In this document: piece by piece, positions 40,901 through 52,873 of the stretch
Position numbering within the stretch: the first letter of the stretch is position 1
Layout: each line of letters opens with the position of its first letter
Assembly (NCBI RefSeq): GCF_006345805.1
Contig: NC_043023.1
Location: 16,864,001 to 16,928,000 of the forward strand
DNA from: Octopus sinensis
Lineage: Eukaryota
Direction: 5' to 3'
Length of the DNA stretch: 64,000 bases
Notes under the pieces: generated by a model
What the model saw: only the letters and a program-made list of their open reading frames with translations
Database searches by the model: none
Told to the model about the DNA's origin: nothing
Translations under genes and position numbers: made by a program

Positions 40901-43900
40901 TGCCCGTGGCCTGTCTATGATCGGGTAATCTACGCCGTTGAAAACACATATCTCTTAATTTCATTAAAAAGCAAAGGAAAGGGACAACTTCTTCCTGAGC
41001 GGAAGCAACAGTGCGTTTTTGAGCATTTATGCCTACCTGATGCAGAATATAATGAGCTTCATCCCGTAGCCGGAGAGCAGTACCCTTAATTGTTACGATG
41101 CAACTTTTTAGAAGGATTTCATTCCCAAAACGCATTATTACTGGTAATGTATACAACATCTATAATTCTGCATTTGCCCGTGGCCTGTCTATGTCGGGTA
41201 TCTACGCCGTTGAAAACACATATCTCTTAAGTATTTCATTAAAAAGCAAAGGAATGGGACAACTCCTTCCTGAGCGGAAGCAACAGTGGGTTTTAGAGCA
41301 TTTATGCCTACCCTGATGCAGAATATAATGAGCTTCATCCGTGGCCGGAGAGCAGTACCCTTAATTGTTACAATGCAACTTTTTAGAAGGATTTCATTCC
41401 CAAAACGCATTATTACTGGTAATGTATACAACATCTATAATTCTGCATTTGCCCGTGGCCTGTCTAAGATCGGGTAATCTACGCCGTTGAAAAACATATC
41501 TCTTAAGTATTTCATTAAAAAGCAAAGGAAAGGGACAACTTCTTCCTGAGCAGAGGCAACAGTGGGCTTTTGAGCATTTATGCCTACCCTGATGCAGAAT
41601 ATATGAGCTTCATTCCGTGGCCGGAGAGCAGTACCCTTAATTGTTACGATGCAACTCTTTAGAAGGATTTCATTCACAAAACGCATTATTACTGGTAATG
41701 TATACAACATCTATAATTCTGCATTTGCCCGGCCTGTCTATGATCGGGTAATCTACGCCGTTGAAAACACATATCTCTTAAGTATTTCATTAAAAAGCAA
41801 AGGAATGGGACAACTCCTTCCTGAGCGGAAGCAACAGTGGTTTTAGAGCATTTATGCCTACCCTGATGCAGAATATAATGAGCTTCATTCCGTGGCCGGA
41901 GAGCAGTACCCTTAATTGTTACGATGCAACTTTTTAGAAGGATTTCATTCCCAAAACGCATTATTACTGGTAATGTATACAACATCTATAATTCTGCATT
42001 TGCCCGTGGCCTGTCTATAATCGGGTAATCTACGCCGTTGAAAACACATATCTCTTAAGTATTTCATTAAAAAGCAAAGGAAAGGGACAACTTCTTCCTG
42101 AGCGGAAGCAACAGTGGGTTTTTGAGCATTTATGCCTACCCTGATGCAGAATATAATGAGCTTCATCCCGTAGCCGGAGAGCAGTACCCTTAATTGTTAC
42201 GATGCAACTTTTTAGAAGGATTTCATTCCCAAAACGCATTATTACTGGTAATGTATACAACATCTATAATTCTGCATTTGCCCGTGGCCTGTCTATAATC
42301 GGGTAATCTACGCCGTTGAAAACACATATCTCTTAAGTATTTCATTAAAAAGCAAAGGAAAGGGACAACTTCTTCCTGAGCGGAAGCAACAGTGGGTTTT
42401 TGAGCATTTATGCCTACCCTGATGCAGAATATAATGAGCTTCATCCCGTAGCCGGAGAGCAGTACCCTTAATTGTTACGATGCAACTTTTTAGAAGGATT
42501 TCATTCCCAAAACGCATTATTACTGGTAATATATACACATCTATAATTCCGTGGCCTGTCTATGATCGTGTAAGCTACGCCGTTGAAAACACATATCTCT
42601 TAAGTATTTCATTAAAAAGCAAAGGAAAGGGACAGACAACTTCCTGAGCGGAAGCAACAGTGGGTTTTTGAGCATTTATGCCTACCCTGATGCAGAATAT
42701 AATGAGCTTCATCCCGTAGCCGGAGAGCAGTACCCTTAATTGTTACGATGCAACTTTTTAGAAGGATTTCATTCCCAAAACGCATTATTGGTAATGTATA
42801 CAACATCTATAATTCTGCATTTGCCCGTGGCCTGTCTATGATCGTGTAATCTACGCCGTTGAAAAACACATATCTCTTAAGTATTTCATTAAAAAGCAAA
42901 GGAAAGAGACAACTTTTTCCTGAGCGGAAGCAACAGTGGGTTTTTGAGCATTTATGCCTACCCTGATGCAGATTATAATGAGCTTCAATCCGTGACCGGA
43001 GAGCAGTACCCTTAATTGTTACGATGCAACTTTTTAGAAGGATTTCATTCCCAAAACGCATTATTACTGGTAATGTATACAATATCTATAATTCTGCATT
43101 TGCCCGTGGCCTGTCTAAGATTCGGGTAATCTACGCGTTGAAAACGATATCTCTTAAGTATTTCATTAAAAAGCAAAGGACTGGGACAACTCCTTCCTGA
43201 GCGGAAGCAACAGTGGGTTTTAGAGCATTTATGCCTACCCTGATGCAGAATATAATGATCTTCATTCCGTGGCCGGAGAGCAGTACTCTTAATTGTTACA
43301 ATGCAACTTTTTAGAAGGATTTCATTCCCAAAACGCATTATTACTGGTAATGTATACAACATCTATAATTCTGCATTTGCCCGTGGCCTGTCTAAGATCG
43401 GGTAATCTACGCCGTTGAAAACACATATCTCTTAAGTATTTCATTAAAAAGCAAAGGAAAGGGACAACTTCTTCCTGAGCAGAGGCATCAGTGGGTTTTT
43501 GAGCATTTATGCCTACCCTGATGCAGAATATAATGAGCTTCATCCGTGGCCGGAGAGCAGTACCCTTAATTGTTACGATGCAACTTTTTAGAAGGATTTC
43601 ATTCCCAAAACGCATTATTGCTGGTAATGTATACAACATCTATAATTCTGCATTTGCCCCTGGCCTGTCTATGATCGGGTAATCTACGCCGTTGAAAACA
43701 CATATCTCTTAAGTATTTCATTAAAAAGCAAAGGAAAGGGACAACTTCTTCGTGAGCGGAAGCAACAGTGGGTTTTTGAGCATTTATGCCTACCCTGATG
43801 CAGAATATAATGAGCTTCATCCCGTAGCCGGAGAGCAGTACCCTTAATTGTTACGATGCAACTTTTTAGAAGGATTTCATTCCCAAAACGCATTATTACT

Positions 43901-44225
43901 GGTAATGTATACAACATCTATAATTCTGCATTTGCCCGTGGCCTGTCTATGATCGGGTAATCTACGCCGTTTAAAACACATATCTCTTAAGTATTTCATT
44001 AAAAAGCAAAGGAAAGAGACAACTTCTTCGTGAGCGGAAGCAACAGTGGGTTTTTGAGCATTTATGCCTACCCTGATGCAGAATATAATGAGCTTCATTC
44101 CGTAGCCGGAGAGCAGTACCCTTAATTGTTACGATGCAACTTTTTAGAAGGATTTCATTCCAAAACGCATTATTACTGGTAATGTATACAACATCTATAA
44201 TTCTGTATTTGACCGAGGCTTTTCT
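25921..44225 (+). repeat. Satellite array, ~66 x 278-bp monomers
   Basis: GTAATCTACGCCGTTGAAAACACATATC recurs every ~278 bp. The ORF track repeats with the same period (27045, 27323, 27601, 27879, 28157). Confidence 0.99.
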
Positions 44226-44239
44226 AAGATCTCGGAATT

Positions 44240-44520
44240 TTTCTGAGTGGAAGCGACGCTGGGTGTTGGAGCGGAAATCTTTATCTTCTACGAAGGCGAT
44301 CAATTTTCTCCTGACAACATGTTACATGATTTTGTCAACATGAAAGGCTATAAAGCCAGGTGTATAACTTTTAGCATCTTGTCTACTAACTCCTTTATGG
44401 AGAGGACAAATTATGCCTTCCTTTATGTTTTTGGGAAATCTTCCACTAGAATAGAGTCTCTGCAAGAGGATCTGTTGTACATTTTCTTGCGCCACTTTGG
44501 TTTTTATGGAAGTCAATAAG
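44240..44520 (-). pseudogene. Decayed CR1/L2-type LINE RT fragment
   Basis: ORFs 44322-44516 and 43971-44303 contain FPKNIKEGIICPLHKG...KSY...HVDKIM and FVEDKDFRSNTQRRF. Confidence 0.7.
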
Positions 44521-44927
44521 TAGGATGGTTGTATACTGTCAATTAACGTGACAGTAGGGATTACACCACCGCTGTTTAGCCCTAGGAAGCATCGACGCTT
44601 CCTGATTGTTTCGACACATTTTTTTCCTGTGCCTTATATATTACGCATGGGAGACAAACACCCCCAGCAGCCAGGCCTGCATCTAGAGACACGCATGTTT
44701 CAGGATCTTTGTCCATCATCGGTCTAGAGTAGCAGAAGCCCGCCAGCCGCAGACATCTGTCTCGATTTCGTAAAAATATATATATCTAATTTTCTGTGAA
44801 GTTTATTCACTGATCACCAAAATCAGAAATATTAGATTCTAAACATTAGAAATTTAATATTTCTGATTTCAATAAGTAGGATTGTGGGGGAATACCTACT
44901 GGGTTGTTGTGGATATATAATGTGTGG

Positions 44928-45300
44928 GGGAGGCGCAATGGCCCAGTGGTTAGGGCAGCGGACTCGCGGTTTTCGATTCCCAGACTGGGTGTTGTGAGTG
45001 TTATTGAGCGAAAACACCTAAAAGCTCCACGAGGCTCCGGCAGGGGATGGTGTGGTGATCCCTGCTGTACTCTTTCACCACAACTTTCTCTCATTCTTAC
45101 TTCCTGTTTATGTTTGTACCTGTATTTCAAAAGGGCCGGCCTTGTCACTCTTTGTGTCACGCTGAATATCCCCGAGAACTACGTTAAGGGTACACGTGTC
45201 TGTGGAGTGCTCAGCACTTGCACGTTAATTTCACGAGCAGGCTCTTCCGTTTATCGGATCAACCGGAACCCTCGTCGTCGCAACCGACGGAGTGCTTCCA
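44928..45300 (+). mobile_element. Full-length tRNA-derived SINE family C with TSD
   Basis: TAATGTGTGG at 44918-44927 and 45301-45310. Empty site in copy A at ~22785. Confidence 0.9.
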
Positions 45301-45859
45301 TAATGTGTGGTTATTTAGGTTTCATTTAGATTTCCGGTAAAACTTGAAAGTATGAAAAACGCGGTAACTGCATGTGATTAGGGCCTCATCATATTTGATT
45401 AGTGTGTTGAGGAGTTGTGTTTTAATATGTAGAATTTACCAAGGCCTGTGATTGAGTTTGAGCTGAGTTATCCAATGGCTGATATTGCATTAGTTTCCTT
45501 TTTTTCTGATGTTATTATTAATTGCCAATGCTTTGTCTGGAGCTGTTGTGCCGAAATTACTTACCAAGGAAAGGTACTCGCAAGTGTCACTATGGCCTTG
45601 TGAAAGCAATTGTCCTCGTTATCTGTTTTATGAAATTTCTTCCTGAAACTCCATTTGAAATAAATTCTTCATCTGTTTTAGAAGAAAGAGCTTCATGTGT
45701 TTCAGTAAAAGTATATATAAAATTTGCTTGGAATTTATCAGGGCCTGTGACTGAGTTTGAGCTCTACTTTCCAATGGCTGATGTTCCATGACTTTCCCCT
45801 ATTCCGATGTTATTAATACTTCTCAGCACTTTGTTTGGTGCTGTTGTGCCGAAATAATT

Positions 45860-47496
45860 GTCAGACAGAAGTCGTGGGATTTAAATTATGAAACAGGCCG
45901 AGGCTGGGTTAAGCGATTGATAATTCGAAGTTACCAGGTAAATATAAAATTTGGTGCTTGCAGTTCGGCTTGTACCCGCGACTTGCGTGGCACCACTTTT
46001 AATATACGAAGTAGCATTGTCACGAGTTGAAAGGATTGAACAAAAATGTAATGTGTTCATTAGAAAGTGGCTAGGCTTACCTCGTATGTGGAACAGCTCA
46101 GCTCTTTATCGTAAAAGAGGTTCGTGTGCAGCTACCAATAGCATCAATAGTCGAAATATAAGCTGGAGAAGATACGGACGGTCACGATGCTGAGAGAATC
46201 GAAGGATATGGAAATCAGGCGTAAACCCACCAGAGGTGAAAACAGCCAGGAAGTGGAAAGCAGAAGCAGAAACTGACTACATCTTGTCTTCTCTTATACA
46301 CAGAGATATGTGTGGGAGCAACGCAGAACCATCGGAAAGGACTTGGTTTTGGCGCAGATCATCAGTTCAGACCGTTTGCAAGCATGATGCCGAGTGAACG
46401 CAGATCTGTTGTTAGCAACAGCGTCAAAACAAGAGAAGCAGAGAGAAGAGAGCTTCATTTGATCCGATGTGTTCATCAAGGTCAGATGACGAGATGGAAA
46501 GAACATGTTGTTTAGAGGAAGATAAGTTGGATGAGATGTGGAAGTGGACGACATCTCGGCTGAGTTTCCCGATTCGTTCATCTTATGATGTTTTGCCATC
46601 ACCTACGAATCTAGTAAGATGGAATGTCTTAGAGAATGACATCTGCAAATGTGGAAAGGTCGGTACACTAAAACATATTCTTTCCAACTGTTCATTAGCA
46701 TTGAACAGTACACATGGAGGCACAACTTGGTCCTTAAGGTTATCTTCAATGCTATCAAGAACCAAAATTCATCTCAACAACACTGAAAAAATCGTTGAAA
46801 GTTACCATCAAGAGATTTCATTACCTTCGTGCCACCAGATCAGCGGATTCGTTTCAGAAGAAGATCAAGAAACTTCCTGAGAAAAATGAAAAGTGGAACG
46901 GCTATTGGGAGGTGGTACTGCAGCTTTACCTGGGTGCCAGGTTTTCTTTCCCATCCCAGTTTCGAAAACACCCAGATATTTTGATGTGGTGTGAAGAAAG
47001 AAAGTTGTAAATATAGTCGAGCTAACGGTTCCTCACGAAGATAATATGGGACGCCGCTCGGGCTCGAAAATTGAACCGTTATGCAAACCTCCTCAAAGAA
47101 TGTGAGGACGCAGGCTGGAAAGCGGAACATTTTCCTATCGAACTCGGATGTAGAGGGTTGTTGGATACAGCGTGAGACGACTGTTGTAATCGCTAGGCCT
47201 AACTCATCGTAAAGTCGATACCACCATGACTGATATCCAATCTACAGTGGAGAAGGCTAGCCCCAGGATTGGTTAAAAAGAGACGATGAGCGATGGCTAG
47301 AAGTATATTGAGTTCTTCATAACCAGCTGATCTAGCAAGCGGGGCCTCATATCAGTGAGGTGCGCATTGATGCCGTCGAGAGGTAGGCCCCGAAACGGCG
47401 CGCATTCTCTCCTGATGACCCCATACACTTGCTAGCTTCCGGTTATACGGAGCTTTTAACTGGTAGCACTTGCATGTGCAAGTTGTTTGCAAGACA
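45860..47496 (+). pseudogene. HERO/NeSL-like RLE retrotransposon, duplicate copy
   Basis: Same truncation point and motifs as 23343-24967. Confidence 0.85.
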
Positions 47497-47892
47497 CCAA
47501 GGAAAGGTCCTCGCAAGGGTCACTATGGCCTTGTGAAAGCCAATTGTCCTCGTTATCTGTTTTATGAGATTTCTTTCCTGAAACTCCGTTTGAAATAACT
47601 TCTTCATCTGTTTTAGAAGAAAGGCTTGATGTTTTTCAGTAAAAGTATATATAAAATTTCAGTAAGTTTTATGCAATATCAGCCATTGGAAAAATTTAAT
47701 CTCCTTCCGTTCAGTAAAATGCCATCAGATTTATAATTATAACCTGGTCATGAAGTGATTTTTGCTAATAATCAGCAAGACATGAATTCGTCTTAAACAT
47801 TGGCTCAACAGAAACGGTATTCCACCGGAATGTGTGCTTTCTTTGGTCTGTCCTTCAACGCATTTTGTTTAGCAATACGTTGTTTCTGTCAC

Positions 47893-48179
47893 ATTTATCC
47901 CTACCCAGGAGCAGAATATAATGAGCTTCATCCCGTAGCCGGAGAGCTGTACCGTCAATTGTTACGATGCAACTTTTTAGAAAGTTTTTATTCCCCAAAC
48001 GCATTATAACTTGTAATGTATCCAAAATCTATAATTCTGCATTTGCCCGTGGCCTGTGTAAGTGCTCGGTATTCTCCTATGCAATTGCTGACGTTTACTG
48101 TGTAAATTCTTCTGAACCTCGACTATGCATATTTACAGTATATAGAAGAAGACAATTTTTGTGTAATCTATGCAGTTGA
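47893..48179 (+). repeat. Second progenitor monomer (truncated), retaining the ~94-bp segment
   Basis: Matches 25366-25650. Confidence 0.8.
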
Positions 48180-48545
48180 TCTTGAGCAATTATCCTTTGA
48201 AATAGGATCGTTTGGTATCCTTTTGTTTCTCATTTCAACGTTTGAAGATTTTTCTTCGACGTCTCATCAGAATCCTCGTATCCATGGCAATTATATATTT
48301 ACCGTTTTTCTCTGGAACAAACGTATCGTGCTGGGTTGTGATAAGTTGTTGCAACTTTATGTAATTTTTGTTTAAACAGAAATGTTCGTAGACGCGTTTT
48401 TCTTCCATGATCTCTTTCTCAAAACGCTTCAAATCACCTTTGTGAAAGTTCAGGCTGGACAAGCATGAAATACCTTAGGTAATGTTCGTTGCGTTGGTGG
48501 TGCTTTATGAGAGATTTGGGGTAGACAGGTATTTCTCTTTATCCT

Positions 48546-48939
48546 GACAGAATCGTTAGCACGTCGGGCGAAATGCGTAGCCGTATTTCGTCTGCCGTTA
48601 CGTTCTGAGTTCAAATTCCGCCGAGGTCGACTTTGCCTTTCATTCTTTCAGGGTCGATAAATTAAGTACCAGTTACGCACTGGGGTCGATGTAATCGACT
48701 TAATACCTTTGTTTGTTCTTGTTTGTCCCCTTTATGTTTCGCCCTTTGTGGGTTGGAAAGAAATAGTATTTCGTCTGCCGTTACGTTCCGAGTTTGAATT
48801 GCATATCAACCACATGGTTCCGGGTTCATCCCACTGCGTGGCACGTTGGACAAGTGTCTTTTGCTATGGCCTCGGGCCGACTAAAGCCTTGTGAGTGGAT
48901 TTGGTAGACGGAAACTGAAATAAGCCCGTCGTATATATG

Positions 48940-49035
<96 letters not shown>

Positions 49036-49243
49036 ATATATATATGTAGGAGTGGTTGTGTGGTAAGTAGCTTGCTTACCAACCACACGGTTCCGGGTTC
49101 AGTCCCATTGCGTGGCACCTTGGACAAGTCTCTTCTACTATGGCCTCGGTCCGACCAAAGCCTTGTGAGTGGATTTGGTAGCCAGAAACTGAAAGTAGCC
49201 CGTCATATATTTATATATATATTATATATATATATATATATAT

Positions 49244-49281
<38 letters not shown>

Positions 49282-49330
49282 GTGTGTATGTTTGTGTGTC
49301 TGTGTTTGTCGCCCACCCCCCCAACATCGC
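48546..49330 (+). mobile_element. SINE cluster: family B with a restarted 3' unit, then two family A heads
   Basis: Family B body 48546-48800; family A heads at ~48805 and ~49050. Confidence 0.75.
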
Positions 49331-50202
49331 TTGACAACCATCAGCCATCTACTATCTATATCGACCTACGCTCGGTAAAAAAAATGAGAATTTTGACGTT
49401 TCGAGCATAGGCTCCCCGTCGGAAATGAAACGGAAAAGTCCGGGTATGTGATTAGAAGCTTGGATTAGAAGCCTATCTACCTATCTATATCGACCGACCT
49501 ATCTAAACTGACTGACCCATCTTCCCACCTATCCACATTAGTGCTACCGTTTTGAAAACAATTTGGGGAAAAATTTGCAAAACCTTAAATAAGTGATGGG
49601 AAGAAATTTAACAAGATATGAGACCGTTAGAGTAAGTACCAGGCCTTAAAAAAGTACTGAGTGCGACTTGACTAAAATCCTCCAAGGTGGAAATGTGTGC
49701 CCCAGCATGGCCTCAGTCTTATGTCTGAAACAATAATAGGGGAAATTCGTGCTGGGAACTGGTAAAGCGTCGCTTGCTCACGAAAGTAATCGCCGACTCA
49801 CAGACACTTTTTGGACGCAACAAGAATCTATCCAAGAGGGATAACTCTATCCCACACAGAAATTTCATTTCGGGATTTTTGTTTACAAAACAACGTGAGT
49901 AAGGCGTTTTACCTACCTTCACTTGTGGAGGGGTTGTGTGCCTCCGGCGAATGAGTAACGAGTCGCCTATATCGATCAGAGATTTATAGGTGGCAAACCA
50001 ATGGACACTCTCTGACCGGCCATTGCAAGGAAACTTCTAAGCTTTTGTCGTTTCGAGCATTAGCTCTCCGTCGGAATGGAAAACGGAAAAGTCCGGGTAT
50101 GTGATTAGAGGTTTGTTTCCCAACTTCATATTTATATATATATAATACAATCAAATCGATTAATCGAACATTAGAAATAACAATAATAAACAGTAATGTA
50201 CA

Positions 50203-50291
<89 letters not shown>

Positions 50292-50612
50292 ATATACATA
50301 TATATATATAACACAGTCAAATCAAATAATCGAACATTAGAAATAACAATAATAAACACCAATGTACATGGATTGTATTAGTTTGACGCTCGGTAAAAAA
50401 AGAGAACTTTTGAGGTTTCGAGCATTAGCTCTCCGTCGGAATGGAAAACGGAAAAGTCCGCGTATGTGATTAGAAGTTTGCTTCTCAACTTCAATGGAAA
50501 TAACTCCACTCTTTCGACCTGAAAATGTATCTCAAAAAGATTTGACTTGAGATGTTCATGACGGCAATTTCTGCCAAGCAAAATGTACTTTGGTGATAAA
50601 TAATAATAAAAT

Positions 50613-50965
50613 AAATGCGCCCTTTCAAAGCCTAGCCAGGCTCATGGGCCCGGTTTCGCGGTTTCAATGGCGAATGTATACCCCAGCTGGACGGGACGCC
50701 AGTCCATCGCAGCGTTACTCACTTTTGCCAGCTGAGTGGACTGGAGCAACGTGAAATGAAGTGTCTTGCTCAAGAACACAACGCGTCGCCCGGTCCGGGA
50801 ATCGAAACCACAATCTTACGATCATGATGCGGACACCTTAACCACTAAGCCATGCGCCTCCACAAAATAAATGCGCCCTTTTAAAGACTAGCCAGGCTCG
50901 TGGGCCCGGTATCCCGGTTTCTATGGCATATGTGATCTCAAGCTGGACGGGACGCCAGTCCATCA
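50613..50965 (-). mobile_element. tRNA-derived SINE family D plus a duplicated tail
   Basis: Minus strand GGAGGCGCATGGCTTAGTGGTTAAGG...GGTTTCGATTCCCGG (A and B boxes). The tail is repeated at 50868-50965. Confidence 0.8.
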
Positions 50966-51130
50966 CATGGATTAATTTTTGCTCCTGTCATCGCCTCATA
51001 TTCTTGATGGAAGGTTCTTTTTTTTATTTTATTTCAGATCACTTTAAAACGGAAGTTGTACTATAGAAACGAAGGCAGTTTTGAGCAGGTTGGTATCATA
51101 ATGGTTAACTCTGGAAGATATTATTTTTTA

Positions 51131-51854
51131 TTAACCCTTTTGTTACTGTATTTATTTTGAGATGCTCTGTGTTTCTTTCAATTACTTTAAATATAAAAAA
51201 GAATTTAGTAAAATAACTTAGTTATCATGAAGCTAGTGTTAGGAACATAAATTGTGACTAAGGTTTGGTGGAAGATTTTAATTCAAAACTTATGAAAACA
51301 AAACATTTGTACTACAGAGCCAGAGGTGGTTTCAGTCAGGTTGGTATCAAAAGGGTTAAAAATATCATGGTGACTTACCCTTTTGTTACCGTATTTCTGC
51401 TGAGATGCTCTGTGTTTCTTTCAATTATTTTAAATATAACAAAGAATTTAGTAAAATACTTAGCTATCATTCAGCTAGTGTTAGGAACATAAATTGTGAC
51501 TAAAGTTTGGTGGAAGATTTTAATTCAAAACTTCTGAAAACAAAACATTTGTACTACAGGGTCATAGGTGCTTTCAGCCAGGTTGGTATCAAAAGGGTTA
51601 AGAATTGTTTCTCTATTATATATTTTTAAGCCTTTTGTTACCATATTTCTGTTGAGATGCTCTCTGTTTCTTTCAGTTAATTTTAAATATAACAAAGAGT
51701 TTAGTAAAATAACTTCATTATCATTAAGCTAGTGTTAGGAACATAAATTGTGACTAAGGTTTGGTGGAAAATCTTAATTCAAAACTTATGAAAACAAGAC
51801 ATTTATACTCAGAGCCAGAGCCAGTTTCAGCCGGGTTGGTAATGAAAGGGTTAA
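51131..51854. mobile_element. Three head-to-tail ~225-bp piggyBac-like MITEs
   Basis: TTAA|CCCT...AGGG|TTAA termini at 51131-51359, ~51375-51601 and ~51626-51854. Confidence 0.75.
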
Positions 51855-52097
51855 AAACAAAAAGTACATGTTTTATTCTTCATTTTTTGCAGATAAAGAA
51901 ACAACAAAAGGTTTTGATACTGATTCAGCAGGAACCAACAAACTCATACCTGTCACAGGTAGCCTTTTTTGTTGGAGTTTATAATTGGTGTCTGCAATTA
52001 CAGGTTTCATACGAAATACCAGAAACCATCGAATGTATGAGAATTTCTTTTTTTTGATTTCTCCATCGTTTCATTTTTCTTTTTAGTTATATTCTAA

Positions 52098-52873
52098 CTA
52101 GCAGCATAGCCCGGCGTTGCCCGGGTAAGTAAGAAACTTTGTCGATAAGCAATGCCCTTTTCCTTTTTACTCCTTTTTGTACTCATTGAACCGTTATTTT
52201 GTAAAATGAAGCCTAAAAGGCATTAAGGCATTCAAGGCACCGTTCCCTTGCATGCATGAAGATGTAGGGAAAATCTATGAGAACTTTAAAAAAATATCGC
52301 AGAAAAATCGGTTTGCTATGTGTGCCACATATGATGTAATTAACCGATTTTTTCCAGTAATAACGTATCCCCTGGAATCAAAAGGGCCATAGAGCTCCTT
52401 GGGGCAGACATGATGCTCCCTGTGAATTTCAAAAAAAATTCCTGCCAATTTGTTAAAGATATTGTCGAAAATATGTCATCATGAATTTGAACGCGATTTC
52501 CGAAAATGGCAGGTTTTTATCGATTTTTTCTGATGGTAAGGTATTGCATGGAAAACTAACGTCAGAATTAAGTTCCTTAGGGTAACATTAAGCTTCACCA
52601 TGAGTTTGGTGAAAATCGATTGTAAGTTGCGAAAACTACAACGGAAAATGTGTTGCAAATAAAAAGCTTAGATTCTCGACCCCATGTCGAATTTATTAAT
52701 TTTTTCATAACTGGGGGAACTTTACAAAATTTTGGCTGCGTTAATTTTGAATTATGAGATTGGGCTATGTGTGTGTCAAGTTTCATTAGAATCGGTTGCA
52801 AGCCGTGGTCAGGGTGAGGGTACAACCTGACAGACACACAGACAGACAAAACTGCCTTTTATGTATATAGAGA
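52098..52873 (-). mobile_element. Non-autonomous Helitron
   Basis: A|TCTCTATAT start, CCCGGGCAACGCCGGG hairpin, CTAG|T end. An inverted internal fragment lies at ~53010-53385. Confidence 0.75.

Larger units (their letters stand above)
44240..48180 (+). repeat. Segmental direct repeat, copy A'
   Basis: Partner of ~22090-25700; ends inside the progenitor monomer at ~48179. Confidence 0.95.

Noticed and set aside
25921-44225. CRISPR-like or cassette array
   Set aside because: No unique spacers; whole monomers are near-identical; the context is eukaryotic.
25869-44303. Dozens of near-identical 60-110 aa ORFs (MLYTLPVIMR..., MKLIIFCIRV...) as a tandem gene family
   Set aside because: They are translations of the 278-bp monomer. 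278 is not a multiple of 3, and longer ORFs arise from single-base indels.
48235-48462. 75-aa ORF MSSLNFHKGDLKRFEKEIM...
   Set aside because: No motif I can assign; no splice or context support. It may be a repeat relic and needs a BLAST search.
50780-50861. tRNA genes at SINE heads (here and at 21618, 44928, 56290)
   Set aside because: A and B boxes are present, but there is no complete cloverleaf and each continues into a SINE body.
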